64,000 nucleotides of DNA from Candidatus Dojkabacteria bacterium (GTDB lineage Bacteria; Patescibacteriota; Dojkabacteria; J137): NCBI GenBank assembly GCA_030834985.1, contig JAUQWV010000006.1, forward strand, positions 140,168-204,167, given 5' to 3'. Shown piece after piece: positions 1-13,451 of this stretch. The notes beneath the pieces were generated by a model. It worked only from the letters and a program-made list of their open reading frames with translations, was not told the DNA's origin and did no database searches. Every line of letters starts with the position of its first letter. The stretch's first letter is position 1. Made by a program: the position numbers and the translations under genes.

Positions 1-412
1 GAATAATAGATTCTCCATTCGAGAAAAACCCATACGGTACTACATCTGCATGAGCATCAATCAGCAGATTATTGATAAAAATCTGTTCTTTTCCTTTACT
101 AAATATTCTATCTGCTCCCGATTCTGGAGCACTTATCAGAAAAAATGGCTTTCTATTAACGTGCCTTATCTTAAGTTCAATAAATCCTTTTTGTACTAAA
201 GGAGCAAGAAGTGCACTGACCAACTTTTCTAAATTACCAAAGTCAGTACCCACATTGGTAACTAGATTTAAGAAATTAAGCTGAGAGAAAATATCTGTGA
301 TTAGTCTGTCGGTTATTGCTCTATCTGTTAAATCAGCTGTAATAAGTTCAGTAACTACATCTAACCCTGCAACCTCTAAATTTGTTTTGAACTTAAACTC
401 TGATGGATCCAT
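1..412 (-). CDS. Partial CDS (C-terminal part lies outside the window): putative M20-family metallopeptidase, N-terminal region
   Basis: Translating the minus strand from ATG at 412..410 gives MDPSEFKFKTNLEVAGLDV...FIELKIRHVNRKPFFLISAPESGADRIFSKGKEQIFINNLLIDAHADVVPYG. It contains the H-x-D-V-V-P motif typical of M20 (DapE/ArgE-type) peptidases. The reading frame stays open to the window edge. This ORF is not in the supplied track because it has no stop within the window. Confidence 0.45.
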   Translation of the reverse strand, partial: MDPSEFKFKTNLEVAGLDVVTELITADLTDRAITDRLITDIFSQLNFLNLVTNVGTDFGNLEKLVSALLAPLVQKGFIELKIRHVNRKPFFLISAPESGADRIFSKGKEQIFINNLLIDAHADVVPYGFFSNGESII

Positions 413-439
413 CGTAAGATAATAGCATATAGCTGAAAG

Positions 440-512
440 TATCCTTGGCAGGAGTCGAACCTGCAACCTTTCCCTTAGGACGGGACTGCTCTATCCATTG
501 AGCTACAAGGAC
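440..512 (-). tRNA. tRNA-Arg (anticodon CCU)
   Basis: The reverse complement GTCCTTGTAGCTCAATGGATAGAGCAGTCCCGTCCTAAGGGAAAGGTTGCAGGTTCGACTCCTGCCAAGGATA folds as a cloverleaf: 7-bp acceptor stem (G1:U72), D-arm GCTC/GAGC, anticodon loop GTCCTAA (CCT) and T-loop TTCGACT. Confidence 0.85.
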
Positions 513-541
513 ATAAATGCAGTGAAATTATACCAGCAAAA

Positions 542-1708
542 TTAGAATCCTACATAGTTAGTAGGGTCAACAGTAACACCGCCTGTTCGTAGAATAAAGT
601 GTAAATGAGTACCTGTACATAAGCCAGTACAGCCCATGTACATAACTGGATCTCCTCTAGAAACTGATTGACCAGCGGAAACCCATATATTTCCATCTCC
701 GTGATAGTACAGAGTATTAACTCCGCCTCCACAATCAATTCTAACTACATAACCTCCGCCGCCATCTTCCCATCCGGTTCTAGTTACAACACCATCACAC
801 ATTGCGCTAATTGGGCAACCGCCTCCTTTAGCTAAGTCTACACCATCGTGGTATAGCCAGCCGCCTTCACCCCAAATCAGACCTCGTGACCAGCTATAAC
901 CTGCACAAGATGGATGACACAATGGGTTTGATAATGAAATTCCATTAATCTCTCCACTTACACCGCAGTCACCCGGCCCCGGTCTAGGACGCGAAGGGAA
1001 ACTATAAGAATACACCGGTACCGGGGCCGGCAAGCTTCCATTAGGAACAAGAATAACCTTTCTGCCATTTATAGAGTTATCAAATGCAGCTAACTGATTA
1101 ACTTCAATTGTTGCAAATCTATCTCCATTTGTTTTTTCTAGAATAGTATCTAAGGTGTCTCCTTCTTGTATCGGCCACAAAACTCCTGAAACTTCAGGAA
1201 TAACTAGCTCTTCACCTGGGTTTACAGTTTCATCGTAATAAGTGCTGTATGTTCCGTATTTATCGGTATTAGACCACTTTATCGTCTCTTTAGAAACTCC
1301 AAATCTATCAGCTATATTTTGTAAAGAGTCGCCTTCAGCCACTTTATAGTAATTTATCTTAAAAGGTGTGAGCGGGCTAGAAGCAAGTACACTCTGTAAG
1401 CTGTTACCCTGTTGTAACAAGTCAACATTACCTACAGTAGTAAAATAATCTACACTAAGGCTTTCTGAAGATGCATTAAGTCCAAATATTCTATAAGATA
1501 GACCCGATAAAGCAACAACTAATGTTATTACTACCACTACTACATGGATTATCTGTTTATATGCGTTTCCCCTACCCCAAAAAGATCTATAAACAAAAAA
1601 ACGTTTTATTGAATCAAATGTAGAAATAACAATATCTGTGATATTTGTAGGCAACCATTTAACGTACTTAATTCTGGTGAATTTTATTTTCCGTCTGGAA
1701 GATTTCAA
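542..1708 (-). CDS. Cell-wall hydrolase with an N-terminal TM anchor, a LysM domain and a C-terminal M23 (LytM-type) metallopeptidase domain
   Basis: 388 aa. TM helix IIHVVVVVITLVVALSGL. LysM-like YKVAEGDSLQNIADRFGVS. M23 signature HGDGN...SRGDPVMYMGCTGLCTGTHLHFIL (HxxxD ... HxH). Confidence 0.8.
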   Translation of the reverse strand: MKSSRRKIKFTRIKYVKWLPTNITDIVISTFDSIKRFFVYRSFWGRGNAYKQIIHVVVVVITLVVALSGLSYRIFGLNASSESLSVDYFTTVGNVDLLQQGNSLQSVLASSPLTPFKINYYKVAEGDSLQNIADRFGVSKETIKWSNTDKYGTYSTYYDETVNPGEELVIPEVSGVLWPIQEGDTLDTILEKTNGDRFATIEVNQLAAFDNSINGRKVILVPNGSLPAPVPVYSYSFPSRPRPGPGDCGVSGEINGISLSNPLCHPSCAGYSWSRGLIWGEGGWLYHDGVDLAKGGGCPISAMCDGVVTRTGWEDGGGGYVVRIDCGGGVNTLYYHGDGNIWVSAGQSVSRGDPVMYMGCTGLCTGTHLHFILRTGGVTVDPTNYVGF

Positions 1709-1742
1709 ATTTATAACTGTAATACTTACAACCTCTATTTTA

Positions 1743-3056
1743 TCACATGCTTTCGTGCAAGGTTGCCAAGAATTCTTCGTTAGTTTTTGTCTTCTTTAAT
1801 CGTTCTAAAAGTACTTCTGTTGGGTTTGCATTAGTTTCGGACTGAATAGTATCTAACATTCTAATTACTCTCCATGTTTGTGCTAAAACTTCTGGAGAAA
1901 GCAACTTATCTTCATTTCTTGTATAAGACGAAGTTACATCTATTGCAGGGAAAATTCTTCTTTCGGTCAATCTTCTATCCAATTTAACTTCCATATTCCC
2001 TGTACCTTTAAATTCTTCAAAGATAACATCATCCATTTTACTTCCTGTATCTACTAATGCAGTTGCAATTATAGTTAATGAGCCGCCATTTTCCATATTT
2101 CTAGCAGCACCAAAGAACTTTTTTGGAGGAAAAATGGCCACTGGATCAAATCCTCCTGATAGTGTTCTGCCTGATGGTGGCGCAACAATGTTGTAAGCCC
2201 TGGCAAGCCTTGTAATACTATCCATCAAAATTACAACGTCTTTGCCATATTCAACTAGTCTTTTAGCTCTTTCTACTGCCATTTCTGCTATCTTTGTGTG
2301 AAATTCTGGAGGTTCATCAAAGTTTGCGGCAATAACCTCGCCTTTAACAAATCTTTGCATATCAGTTACCTCTTCAGGCCTTTCACCAACTAAAACAACC
2401 ATTAAGTGTATTTCGGGATGATTTTTGGCTATACCATCTGCAATGTCCTTCATTAACCAGGTTTTACCTGCTTTAGGAGGAGCTACAATCATACCTCTTT
2501 GACCTTTACCGATAGGACTAATCAAATCAATCAATCTTGTAGATAAGATGTGCTGTTCTGTAGCAAGTTTAATTTGTGAGTCTGGATAAACTGGGGTTAA
2601 TTTCTGGAATGTAGGTCTTGAGATGGCTTTTTCTGGACTTGTACCGTTTATAGCTTCAATTTTAAGAAGGCTAAGGTATCTTTCACCCTCTTTTGGAGGT
2701 CTGGCTTGTCCGGAGATAAAATCTCCTTGTCTTAAGTTAAATCTCTTAATTTGAGAACCTGACACATAAACATCGTTATCTGCAGGCAACATCGTTGCTG
2801 ATCTTAAAACACCATGTGTATCTTTTACTACTTCTAAAAAGCCTTCTGCAAAGATGTTTCCACCTCTTTTAGTTTGCTCAGCTAAAATTATTAATACGAG
2901 TTCATTCTTTTTCAATTCTTGATTATCTTTTATTTCTAACTCTGTAGCTATCTTTCGAAGCTCAGCTAATGTCATATCTTCCAAATCTTTAATGCTTGTT
3001 GATTTTGCTATAGAATCTTTTTTTTGTACCGTTTCTTTTTTTACCACTGTAGTCAT
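1743..3056 (-). CDS. rho: Transcription termination factor Rho
   Basis: 437 aa. Rho N-terminal domain LAELRKIATELEI. RNA-binding region. Walker A GQRGMIVAPPKAGKT. Rho-type RecA-like C-terminal domain (AANFDEPP... VDTGS...). Confidence 0.9.
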   Translation of the reverse strand: MTTVVKKETVQKKDSIAKSTSIKDLEDMTLAELRKIATELEIKDNQELKKNELVLIILAEQTKRGGNIFAEGFLEVVKDTHGVLRSATMLPADNDVYVSGSQIKRFNLRQGDFISGQARPPKEGERYLSLLKIEAINGTSPEKAISRPTFQKLTPVYPDSQIKLATEQHILSTRLIDLISPIGKGQRGMIVAPPKAGKTWLMKDIADGIAKNHPEIHLMVVLVGERPEEVTDMQRFVKGEVIAANFDEPPEFHTKIAEMAVERAKRLVEYGKDVVILMDSITRLARAYNIVAPPSGRTLSGGFDPVAIFPPKKFFGAARNMENGGSLTIIATALVDTGSKMDDVIFEEFKGTGNMEVKLDRRLTERRIFPAIDVTSSYTRNEDKLLSPEVLAQTWRVIRMLDTIQSETNANPTEVLLERLKKTKTNEEFLATLHESM

Positions 3057-3214
3057 AAATACTTAACTGTTAATAAATAACTTAAAATTTAAATTTTTTA
3101 GGGAATTTTGAATAATTCAATGAAATTGAAAAGCTATTGATAGAATCACTTTAATATTATACCAACTTTTTTTGAAAAACAAGAATACTCTGTAATTCAA
3201 GTATCGGGAATGAA

Positions 3215-3300
3215 GATTTCCGAGCTGGTCCTAGAGTCCAGTAAGTTCACTCTAAAAAATTAGAATGATGTACGCGAACCAGACTCTGGGACCAGCTAAC
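3215..3300 (-). promoter_or_regulatory. Long imperfect hairpin (~20-bp stem, ~38-nt loop) in the 430-nt rho 5' leader
   Basis: The arm ccgagctggtcctagagtccag (3215..) is complementary to ccagactctgggaccagct (..3300), including G-U pairs. It lies between the clpC terminator and the rho start. Rho leaders are known to be long and autoregulated. The function here is unproven. Confidence 0.3.
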
Positions 3301-3435
3301 AACTAGATAGTTATTAACGATTACTTATATTATATCCTATAACGAAAAAATGTCAATACCTATAGTATTTTCAGCTTGCTCCATAAAAAACAAGGATTTA
3401 GCCTGGTCTAGCTCAATAATACCAATATACAATAA

Positions 3436-3463
3436 AAAGGGCGGGCTTAAAAGCCCGCCCTTT
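3436..3463 (-). terminator. Intrinsic terminator downstream of clpC
   Basis: Perfect GC-rich hairpin aagggcgggctt-aaaa-gcccgccctt with an A/T run on both sides, 26 nt after the clpC stop codon. Confidence 0.75.
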
Positions 3464-3488
3464 ACAGTATAATCTCTTTACTAGCTCA

Positions 3489-6026
3489 TTACTTGATTTT
3501 ATTATCCGTTGGGGCAAATACCACTACACCCTCTTTATTTAAGGATGCCGAAACTTGTATTAAATTCTTTCGTTTTTTAGGCAGTTTTAACTTAAGTAAA
3601 TACTCGGCTAAACCATTTTCTAAAAGCTCTTGAACTTTTCGTCTAATATTTCTAGCTCCATACTCCTTACTATAACCATCTTCATTTATTTTGTTTACCA
3701 CTTCGTCCGAAACAGTTAATACTATTCCGGTAGGTAAAATACGCTTAATAAGTTCATCAGTTTCTATTCTAGCTATCTTTAGGCAATCATTTTTATTTAA
3801 TCCTCTAAAAATATCTATAAGATCGATTCTATTTAATAATTCTGGTGCCAAAGTATCTCTAAGATCTTCCATAACCCTGTCTTTCATCTCCTCGTATGCT
3901 TCCTCTACCTCATCATCTTTAATAGTCTTTATCTCAACATCAAATCCTAGTTTATTATCTTCAGAGATCTCATCTGCTCCAATATTTGAAGTCATAATTA
4001 CTATGCAGTTCTTAAAGCTTACCTTTCCACCTTTTCCATCAGTTAATTCACCTTCTTCAAGGATTTGAAGCAAGATATTGAGAACATCTAAATGTGCCTT
4101 TTCGACCTCATCAAATAGGATTACTGAGTAAGGTCGGCGTTTCACGAATGTAGTAAGTTGACCACCTTCTTGATAGCCTACATAACCTGGAGGTGAACCT
4201 ATTAATTTAGATATGCTGTGCATCTCCATAAATTCACTCATATTTATCTGATAGAGCAAGCTTTCAGAACCAAAAAGCTCTTTTGCCAAAGATTTTGCCA
4301 ATTGGGTCTTTCCTACACCGGTTGGTCCTAAGAACAAAAAAGAAGCTAATGGCCTATTTCCACCGTTTAAACCTAAATGAGATCTTTGTACAGCTAAAGA
4401 AACGTTATCAATTACTCTATCCTCTCCAACTATCCTTTTTTTTAAGTTCTCAGATAAATCTTTAAGCTTTTTATCCGAAATATCTGCTGCGGCAATCGGA
4501 ATTTTAGTCCATTCAACAATGATATCTTTTATAAGGTCTTCAGATACTGTTTTAGAGTATTTAATTCCAGTTTTCTTCTTGCCGTCAATTACATCCTGAA
4601 TCTCTTTCATGATATCCTCTTCCATATCTTTGTACTTTGCAGCATTCTTGAAGTCCTGATTTTTAAGAGCTTCGTTCTTTTTACTTTGACACTCAACGAG
4701 CTTCTCGCCAAGCTCATTAATTTGGGGCTCTAAGGCCTTTTCTCGACCTACTTTTATACTTGCAGCTGCCTCATCTAGTATATCGATAGCTTTATCTGGC
4801 AAATATCGGTCTCTAATAAACTTATTCGATAAATCTACTGCAATATTTACAGCATCTTGAGGGATTTTTACACGGTGATATTTCTCTAGCTCTGGAGCAA
4901 TCTTAGAAATCACCTGCTTTGCGCTTTCAACACTTAATTCTTCTACTGAAATGGGTTGAAAGCGCCTTGTTAGCGCCGAGTCAGTCTCGAAGTACTTTAC
5001 GTACTCATCCTGCGTTGTAGCGCCAATTATGCTTAAACTTGAATTTGTTAAATACGGTTTTAGCATATTAGCAATATCCATAGTATCTTTGCCGCCTGCA
5101 CTTCCAGCTCCAACAATATTATGAATCTCATCAATGAACAAAATTGTATTATCATCATTCATTGCCTCATTAATTACTGCACCAATTCTTTCCTCAACAT
5201 CTCCCCTTAGCTTAGCTCCTGCTAAAATTGCGCCAACATCTAGACTTAAAACCTTTGCATTCAAAAAAGATGCTGGAACTTTTTTTTGAATAACAGCATT
5301 AACAAAGCCTTCTACAATTGCTGTTTTACCTACACCTGCATCACCTACTAGTATAGGGTTATTTTTTGTTTTTCTAGCTAGAATATGGATTAAACGCTGA
5401 ATTTCAGCATCTCTACCACTTATATTCGGATAACCACCTTCTAATGCAATTTCATTCATATTTCTAGTAAAGTATGGCAGCGCAGATCTTGGTCCTATAT
5501 CTTGAAATTCTGGATTCTGCATCTGCATATCACCACTCTTTAATACTGCGTTTAAAGCGTTATAGTTACTTACATTGAGTAAAGTTTTTCTTATCTGCTC
5601 CGAATTTAGTCCTAATGTTTTTAACTCATCAATAAAAGCTACATCTTTTAGTTCAAACATACCCAACAAAATATGCTCTGTTCCTACATATAGATGATTT
5701 AAGTTATATGCAGCTATAAAACTTTGATTTATTAATTCCTTCATCTGCTCGCTAAATACAGTCTTAACTTCACCTCCTATAAATTTTGCTTCATTTTCCT
5801 CAAATTCCTTTAGAATACGTGCTGAGCTCGACTCTATATCTACACCTAATTTATTCAATATTTCAAAGACTATTCCTCCCTTGTCTAACAGCAATGTATA
5901 AAAAAGATGAATAGCTAGAAATTCCGAGTATTTATACTTTTTTGCATTCAAATATGCTTGCTCAATAACTCTTCTAGCGTTGGTGGTTAATCTGTTGATA
6001 CCTTTAGTTTCAATAGTGCTCTCCAT
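3489..6026 (-). CDS. clpC: ATP-dependent Clp protease ATP-binding subunit ClpC-like (Clp_N repeats, two AAA+ modules, short M-domain)
   Basis: 845 aa. Clp_N repeat ([17 protein letters not shown]). D1 Walker [15 protein letters not shown]2 Walker [16 protein letters not shown]. Short coiled-coil M-domain between D1 and D2, which is ClpC-like rather than ClpB-like. Confidence 0.85.
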   Translation of the reverse strand: MESTIETKGINRLTTNARRVIEQAYLNAKKYKYSEFLAIHLFYTLLLDKGGIVFEILNKLGVDIESSSARILKEFEENEAKFIGGEVKTVFSEQMKELINQSFIAAYNLNHLYVGTEHILLGMFELKDVAFIDELKTLGLNSEQIRKTLLNVSNYNALNAVLKSGDMQMQNPEFQDIGPRSALPYFTRNMNEIALEGGYPNISGRDAEIQRLIHILARKTKNNPILVGDAGVGKTAIVEGFVNAVIQKKVPASFLNAKVLSLDVGAILAGAKLRGDVEERIGAVINEAMNDDNTILFIDEIHNIVGAGSAGGKDTMDIANMLKPYLTNSSLSIIGATTQDEYVKYFETDSALTRRFQPISVEELSVESAKQVISKIAPELEKYHRVKIPQDAVNIAVDLSNKFIRDRYLPDKAIDILDEAAASIKVGREKALEPQINELGEKLVECQSKKNEALKNQDFKNAAKYKDMEEDIMKEIQDVIDGKKKTGIKYSKTVSEDLIKDIIVEWTKIPIAAADISDKKLKDLSENLKKRIVGEDRVIDNVSLAVQRSHLGLNGGNRPLASFLFLGPTGVGKTQLAKSLAKELFGSESLLYQINMSEFMEMHSISKLIGSPPGYVGYQEGGQLTTFVKRRPYSVILFDEVEKAHLDVLNILLQILEEGELTDGKGGKVSFKNCIVIMTSNIGADEISEDNKLGFDVEIKTIKDDEVEEAYEEMKDRVMEDLRDTLAPELLNRIDLIDIFRGLNKNDCLKIARIETDELIKRILPTGIVLTVSDEVVNKINEDGYSKEYGARNIRRKVQELLENGLAEYLLKLKLPKKRKNLIQVSASLNKEGVVVFAPTDNKIK

Positions 6027-6130
6027 TAAATAAAGTTAACAATTAGCAGTTAATAGTATAGCATGCTAAAAGTAAATTTAGGGTTTGAAGAAATAAATAT
6101 TTAAGAGATTGGAATAAGAGGAATAAATAA

Positions 6131-6154
6131 GGGGCGGCCTACAAGGCCGCCCCT
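6131..6154 (-). terminator. Intrinsic terminator downstream of rpsA
   Basis: Hairpin ggggcggcc-tacaa-ggccgcccc, 28 nt after the rpsA stop. Confidence 0.7.
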
Positions 6155-6181
6155 TTCGATAGCTTTGTTCAACTACTTAGA

Positions 6182-7402
6182 TTACTTAGCTTCCGTAGAT
6201 TCAGAGATAATTTTATCTAATTCCTCTAATTCTCTAGAAGGTTCGTCATCTGTAGTAGCAGATGTGTCTTTTTGAGCCCGCTTTAACGATAATCCTAAAT
6301 GCCTATCTTCATTAGAAATAGAGATTATCATCACTTTAATCTTGTCCCCTACATTTACTACCTGAGATGGATTCTTAACTAATTTGCTTGATAGTTCAGA
6401 GATGTGAACTAAGCCGTTTAAGCCATCTTCAATCTTAATAAATGCGCCGTAGTCAGCAATAGATTTAACTTCACCTTCCACGATTTGACCCACTTTATAT
6501 TTTTGTACAATACTTTTCCATGGATCTTCCTGTAGTCTTTTAATACTGTATGCCACTCTTTTACCGTTATCTTGTAAGCCGATAACTTGCACCTTAACAA
6601 TATCTCCTACATGGTAGAAGTCTGCAGGTGAAATTACTTTATCCCAAGATATTTCGGATAAGTGAACCAAACCTTCAAGTCCCTGAGCGTTAATGAATAA
6701 TCCAAATGGAGCAATGCCTGTTACAGCACCTTCCAACACATCTCCAACTTTAAGAGATGTTAGGGTTTCATTTCTTAACTTCAAGTCTGTTTCGGAATAT
6801 ACAGATTTTTCGGAAAGGATAACTTTATTCTTTTCTTTATCTATTTCCATAACTTTAACCTTCAAAACTTCACCTATCATCTCGGCTAATTTAGTTTGAA
6901 GAACCTTTGCAGAGTCTTCTTTTGAAGAGTACATATTAGGAGCATAGATTCTTTTGTTGTTTAGTTGTGAACTTGGAACAAAACCTCGAGTAGATTCGCT
7001 AATTTCAACAATAACACCTCCGGTATTAGCTTCAATAACCTTTACCTCTATTGGAGTTTCGTTTAATTTAGCCTGCTCTAGTTCGTGCCACTTTAGTTCA
7101 TTTCCTGTTCTTCTGATAGAAAGTTCAATCTGACCTTCCTCGTTCTCAGGATTAACTACGTAAACAAGTATTTTATCGCCAGCTTTTTTGCTGACTCTTT
7201 TGCCTTCTAGCTTCATCTCCCTACCGGAAATAACGCCTTCAGCTCTACCGCCTACATCAACTAGGATTTGACCGTCTTTAACATCAATAACGGTTCCTTC
7301 AATAATGTTTCCTTTCTTGTAAGTCTTTGGTGGGACAACTGAGTCTAAAAGTTCATCTGTTCGTTGAACTTTATTTTGCTTCTTTGCCATAAATTTCTTC
7401 AA
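6182..7402 (-). CDS. rpsA: 30S ribosomal protein S1 (four S1 domains, short form)
   Basis: 406 aa. Repeated S1 motifs (GTVIDVKDGQILVDVGGRAEGVISGREM; GEVLKVKVMEIDKEKNKVILS; GDIVKVQVIGLQDNGKRVAYSIK; GDKIKVMIISISNEDRHLGLSLK). Confidence 0.85.
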   Translation of the reverse strand: MKKFMAKKQNKVQRTDELLDSVVPPKTYKKGNIIEGTVIDVKDGQILVDVGGRAEGVISGREMKLEGKRVSKKAGDKILVYVVNPENEEGQIELSIRRTGNELKWHELEQAKLNETPIEVKVIEANTGGVIVEISESTRGFVPSSQLNNKRIYAPNMYSSKEDSAKVLQTKLAEMIGEVLKVKVMEIDKEKNKVILSEKSVYSETDLKLRNETLTSLKVGDVLEGAVTGIAPFGLFINAQGLEGLVHLSEISWDKVISPADFYHVGDIVKVQVIGLQDNGKRVAYSIKRLQEDPWKSIVQKYKVGQIVEGEVKSIADYGAFIKIEDGLNGLVHISELSSKLVKNPSQVVNVGDKIKVMIISISNEDRHLGLSLKRAQKDTSATTDDEPSRELEELDKIISESTEAK

Positions 7403-7470
7403 CTTAAGTTTTGGATTTTACCTTATGGTAAGACCTAAGTTCCTTTGAAGCATATGGATTTTACCATATT

Positions 7471-7498
7471 AAAAAGGCGCCCGACAAGCGGGCGCCTT
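7471..7498 (-). terminator. Intrinsic terminator (end of the rRNA-operon transcript / upstream of rpsA)
   Basis: Hairpin aggcgcccg-acaa-gcgggcgcct followed on the minus strand by TTTTT. Downstream of the 5S gene and upstream of the rpsA start. Confidence 0.65.
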
Positions 7499-7848
7499 AA
7501 TTTCTCCATTATATGACTATAATTCCCCTACAATTGAAGACAGGGAATATCAGCAATTCTGATTTGGAGTCAATCTATTGCCTTCAATCGAGATAGTCGC
7601 AGAAAATCCGCGCAGCATAGATTACCTCCTTTCATATTTAACAAGTAAAGAACTGCCCTTTTTACTTTGTATTATGAGCAGTACCCGCCTTTCAGCGGTA
7701 TGAATATTGCTATTCAGATAAGAGAATAAGAAATTTTGAGAAATTAGTCAATTATATTTTAGATAACTATTGCAATTACCATTAGCGGTCTTAGCTTTAG
7801 CTAAGCAATACAAAAAAGTATTTATTCTTTACGCACAAAGCAGATATT

Positions 7849-7886
7849 AAAAAAGAGCTCTTTATTGCTAAAAAGCTCTTTTTAAA
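7849..7886 (-). terminator. Tandem small hairpins with T-runs immediately 3' of the 5S rRNA
   Basis: The sequences aaagagctcttt (self-complementary) and aaagctcttttt directly abut the 5S 3' end. On the minus strand each is followed by a U-run. Confidence 0.45.
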
Positions 7887-8003
7887 ACCGGCAATTACCT
7901 ATTCTCCCAACAGGGTATCCCGTTAGTACCTTCGGCTCAACTTTGTTTCACTTCTGAGTTCGGGATGGGATCAGGTGGTTCCAAAGCGATACCATCACCG
8001 GAC
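7887..8003 (-). rRNA. rrf: 5S ribosomal RNA
   Basis: The reverse complement contains the canonical ...CCACCUGAUCCCAUCCCGAACUCAGAAGUGAAAC... 5S core. About 117 nt. Ends are approximate (+/-3 nt). Confidence 0.9.
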
Positions 8004-8174
8004 CTAAATTTAGAATTCTAAACTTAAGTCTAATGACGATCAATTGAACTTGTTAATGTTTTCTTTGTTCAAGAAAAACTGAATAGAAAGACGAGTTTCC
8101 AGTGCTCAGTCTCAAGCAACCAGTAAAGATTACTCTTAACTGATAACTGAAAGCTGAAATTTTAAGTCTGAAAA

Positions 8175-11213
<3,039 letters not shown>

Positions 11214-11321
11214 TTCTCGACTTAAAATCTATTTCTTTCTATTCAGTTTTTAATGAACAAAGTTTTAACCAACTTTGTTGGCTAATTTAAACCCTTTGGC
11301 TTAAATCAGACAACAAATAAA

Positions 11322-11396
11322 TGGAGCCTAAGGGATTCGAACCCTTGACCTCCTCATTGCAAATGAGGCGCAATAAACCAGCTATGCTAAGGCCCC
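11322..11396 (-). tRNA. tRNA-Ala (anticodon UGC) in the 16S-23S spacer
   Basis: Reverse complement GGGGCCTTAGCATAGCTGGTTTATTGCGCCTCATTTGCAATGAGGAGGTCAAGGGTTCGAATCCCTTAGGCTCCA. It has the G3:U70 alanine identity pair, anticodon loop TTTGCAA and T-loop TTCGAAT. Confidence 0.85.
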
Positions 11397-11420
11397 GATC
11401 TCAATATTCAAAACTAATAA

Positions 11421-11497
11421 TGGTAGGCCAACATGGACTCGAACCATGGACCTTTCCCTTATCAGAGGAATGCTCTAACCAGCTGAGCTATTGGCCT
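11421..11497 (-). tRNA. tRNA-Ile (anticodon GAU) in the 16S-23S spacer, CCA encoded
   Basis: Reverse complement AGGCCAATAGCTCAGCTGGTTAGAGCATTCCTCTGATAAGGGAAAGGTCCATGGTTCGAGTCCATGTTGGCCTACCA. Anticodon loop CTGATAA. Confidence 0.85.
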
Positions 11498-11642
11498 ATG
11501 TTTAGTCTAAGCACCAGCTTACTTGCTGGCTAAAATTTTAATTAACTTTGAATACTAAAAAGTGACAAGATCCTCTACGGAGATCTTTGAGTATCAAGAT
11601 CATGGGTTTGCAAAATCTATAACAGATTTTGACTAACTCCTT

Positions 11643-13152
11643 AGAAAGGAGGTAATCCAGCCGCAGATTCCCCTACGGCTACCTTGTTACGACTTAAGCC
11701 CAGTCGCCACCCATAACTTTCGGCCACGATAAACGTAGACTTCGAGTATGAGCAACTCCCATGCCCTGACGGGCGGTGTGTACAAGACCCGAGAACGTAT
11801 TCACCGGAACACGCTGATTTCCGATTACTAGCAATTCCAACTTCATACAGGCGAGTTGCAGCCTGCAATCTGAACTGAGACGATCTTTGATGGGATTAGC
11901 TCCGCCTTGCGGCTTGGCAACCCATTGTTATCGCCATTGTAGTGTCTGTGTAGCCCTGGACATAAGGGACATGATGACTGGACGTCATCCCCTCCTTCCT
12001 CCCCGTTTTGGCGGGGCAGTATCAGAAGTAATTGTAACATCTGAAAGGGGTTGCGCTCGTTGTGGGACTTAACCCGACATCTCACGACACGAGCTTACGA
12101 CAGCCATGCATCACCTCTGTGGCACCTTCGAAAGAGTCCTACTTTCATAGGATTAGCAGCCACAGTTCAAGCCCAGGTGAGGTTCTTCGTTGATCATCGA
12201 ATTAAACCAGGCACTCCACTGCTTGTGCGGGTCCCCGTCAATTCCTTTGTGTTTTAACCTTGCGGTCGTACTTCACAGGCGCCCTGTTTAACGCGTTAGC
12301 TGCGACACTCAAAAAGTGCTTATCCTTCTCCGAAGAGAAATTTCAGCAAATTTCGAACATCTAACAGGGATCGTTTACGGTGTGGACTACACGGGTATCT
12401 AATCCGTTTTGCTCCCCACACTTTCGAGCCTTAGCGTCAGTACATGTCCAAATAGGTGCTTTCGCCATTGGTGTTCCTCCTGATATCAACGCATTTAACC
12501 GCTCCACCAGGAATTCCCCTATTCTCTACATGACTCAATCCAGAGAGTTTTCTATGCGGTTCCAAGGGTGAGCCTTGGGATTTAACACAGAACTTTTCTA
12601 GACGCCTACGCATCTCTTTACGCCCAGTGAATCCGGGTAACGCTTGTGTCCCACGTATTACCGATGCTTCTGGCACGTGGTTGGCAGGCACTTATTCATC
12701 TACTACACTCAGAACTTGTTCGTAGATAAAAGGAGTTTACGATCCTAAGACCTTCATCCTCCACGCGACGTCGCAGCGTCAGCCTTTCGGCCATTGCGCA
12801 TAATTCCTAGTTGCTGCCTCCCGTAGGAGTCTGGGCCGTATCGCAGTCCCAGTCTGGCTGGCCATCCTCTCAGACCAGCTACCCGTCATAGGCTTGGTAG
12901 GCCATTACCCCACCAACAACCTGATAGGACGCGGGCTCATCCTTGAGCGAAAAATCTTTACTCTTGCGAGACTATCTGAGATTACCCCGCCTTTCGGCGA
13001 GCTATATCAGACTCAAGGGGAGATTCCCACGCGTTACTCAGCCGTTTGCCACTATGAACTTTCGGTATTACTACCAAAAGTTCACCGTTCGACTTGCATA
13101 CCTTAGGCACGTCGCTAGCGTTAACCCTGAGCCAGGATCAAACTCTCCATAA
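11643..13152 (-). rRNA. rrs: 16S ribosomal RNA
   Basis: 3' end: the reverse complement of aaaggaggtaatccagccgca is ...GCGGCUGGAUUACCUCCUUU, the anti-SD tail. 5' end: the reverse complement of ctgagccaggatcaaactct is AGAGUUUGAUCCUGGCUCAG. Internal universal stretches are present (GTGCCAGCAGCCGCGGTAATAC as reverse complement near 12640..12670; ...GTACACACCGCCCGTCA near 11765..11790). About 1510 nt. Confidence 0.95.
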
Positions 13153-13451
13153 AAATTGCTTCCACTTGACTTATGGAAGACCAACTAAATCAGTTACCTG
13201 AAGTGCTGGATTTTTGAGTCCCTCTATTATGAATAATAAAGGGGTTAAAATTGAGTTTAGATCTTGACTACAAAGAAATATATAAAGAAACCTTGTCACT
13301 TTTAAATATTCAAAGTGCTGCCCCTAAAATACAAAGAGCAAAGAAATCAATCTTTGTCTAAGATTTTAAAATATTGTTTTACCAATGAGGCAATCTGGTC
13401 TTCTTATTCGCTTGGATTAAGATTAGATCCAGAACTGAAAATTTGTATTGA

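Noticed and set aside
72-284. 70-aa plus-strand ORF at the window start
   Set aside because: It overlaps a much more protein-like minus-strand frame with an M20 HxDVVP motif. Its own translation is low-complexity.
3057-3488. Searched the rho leader and other ORF-free gaps (7500..7886, 13153..13521, 52690..53000) for RNase P RNA, SRP RNA and 6S RNA signatures
   Set aside because: I found no GGAAAGUCCGGGCUCC / GGUAAGAGCGCACC / ACAGAACCCGGCUUA (RNase P) and no GGUCCGGAAGGAAGCAGC (SRP) motifs on either strand. These ncRNAs are presumably encoded outside this window. Only the tmRNA candidate (47607..48067) was supported.
3691-4465. Plus-strand ORFs 3691..4068 and 4283..4465 antisense to clpC. Similar antisense ORFs inside rpsA (6418..6600, 6693..6899), polA, ftsH (17561..18196), the VirB4-like gene, the AAA+ genes, groEL (38199..38537), ileS and others.
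   Set aside because: They are fully embedded antisense to long, well-supported genes. They have low-complexity Ser/Ile/Phe-rich translations typical of AT-rich antisense frames and no RBS.
13153-13200. Hairpin cttccacttgacttatggaag at the 16S 5' boundary as a possible regulatory element
   Set aside because: It is more simply explained as part of the pre-16S processing stem that pairs leader and trailer. There is not enough evidence for a separate feature.
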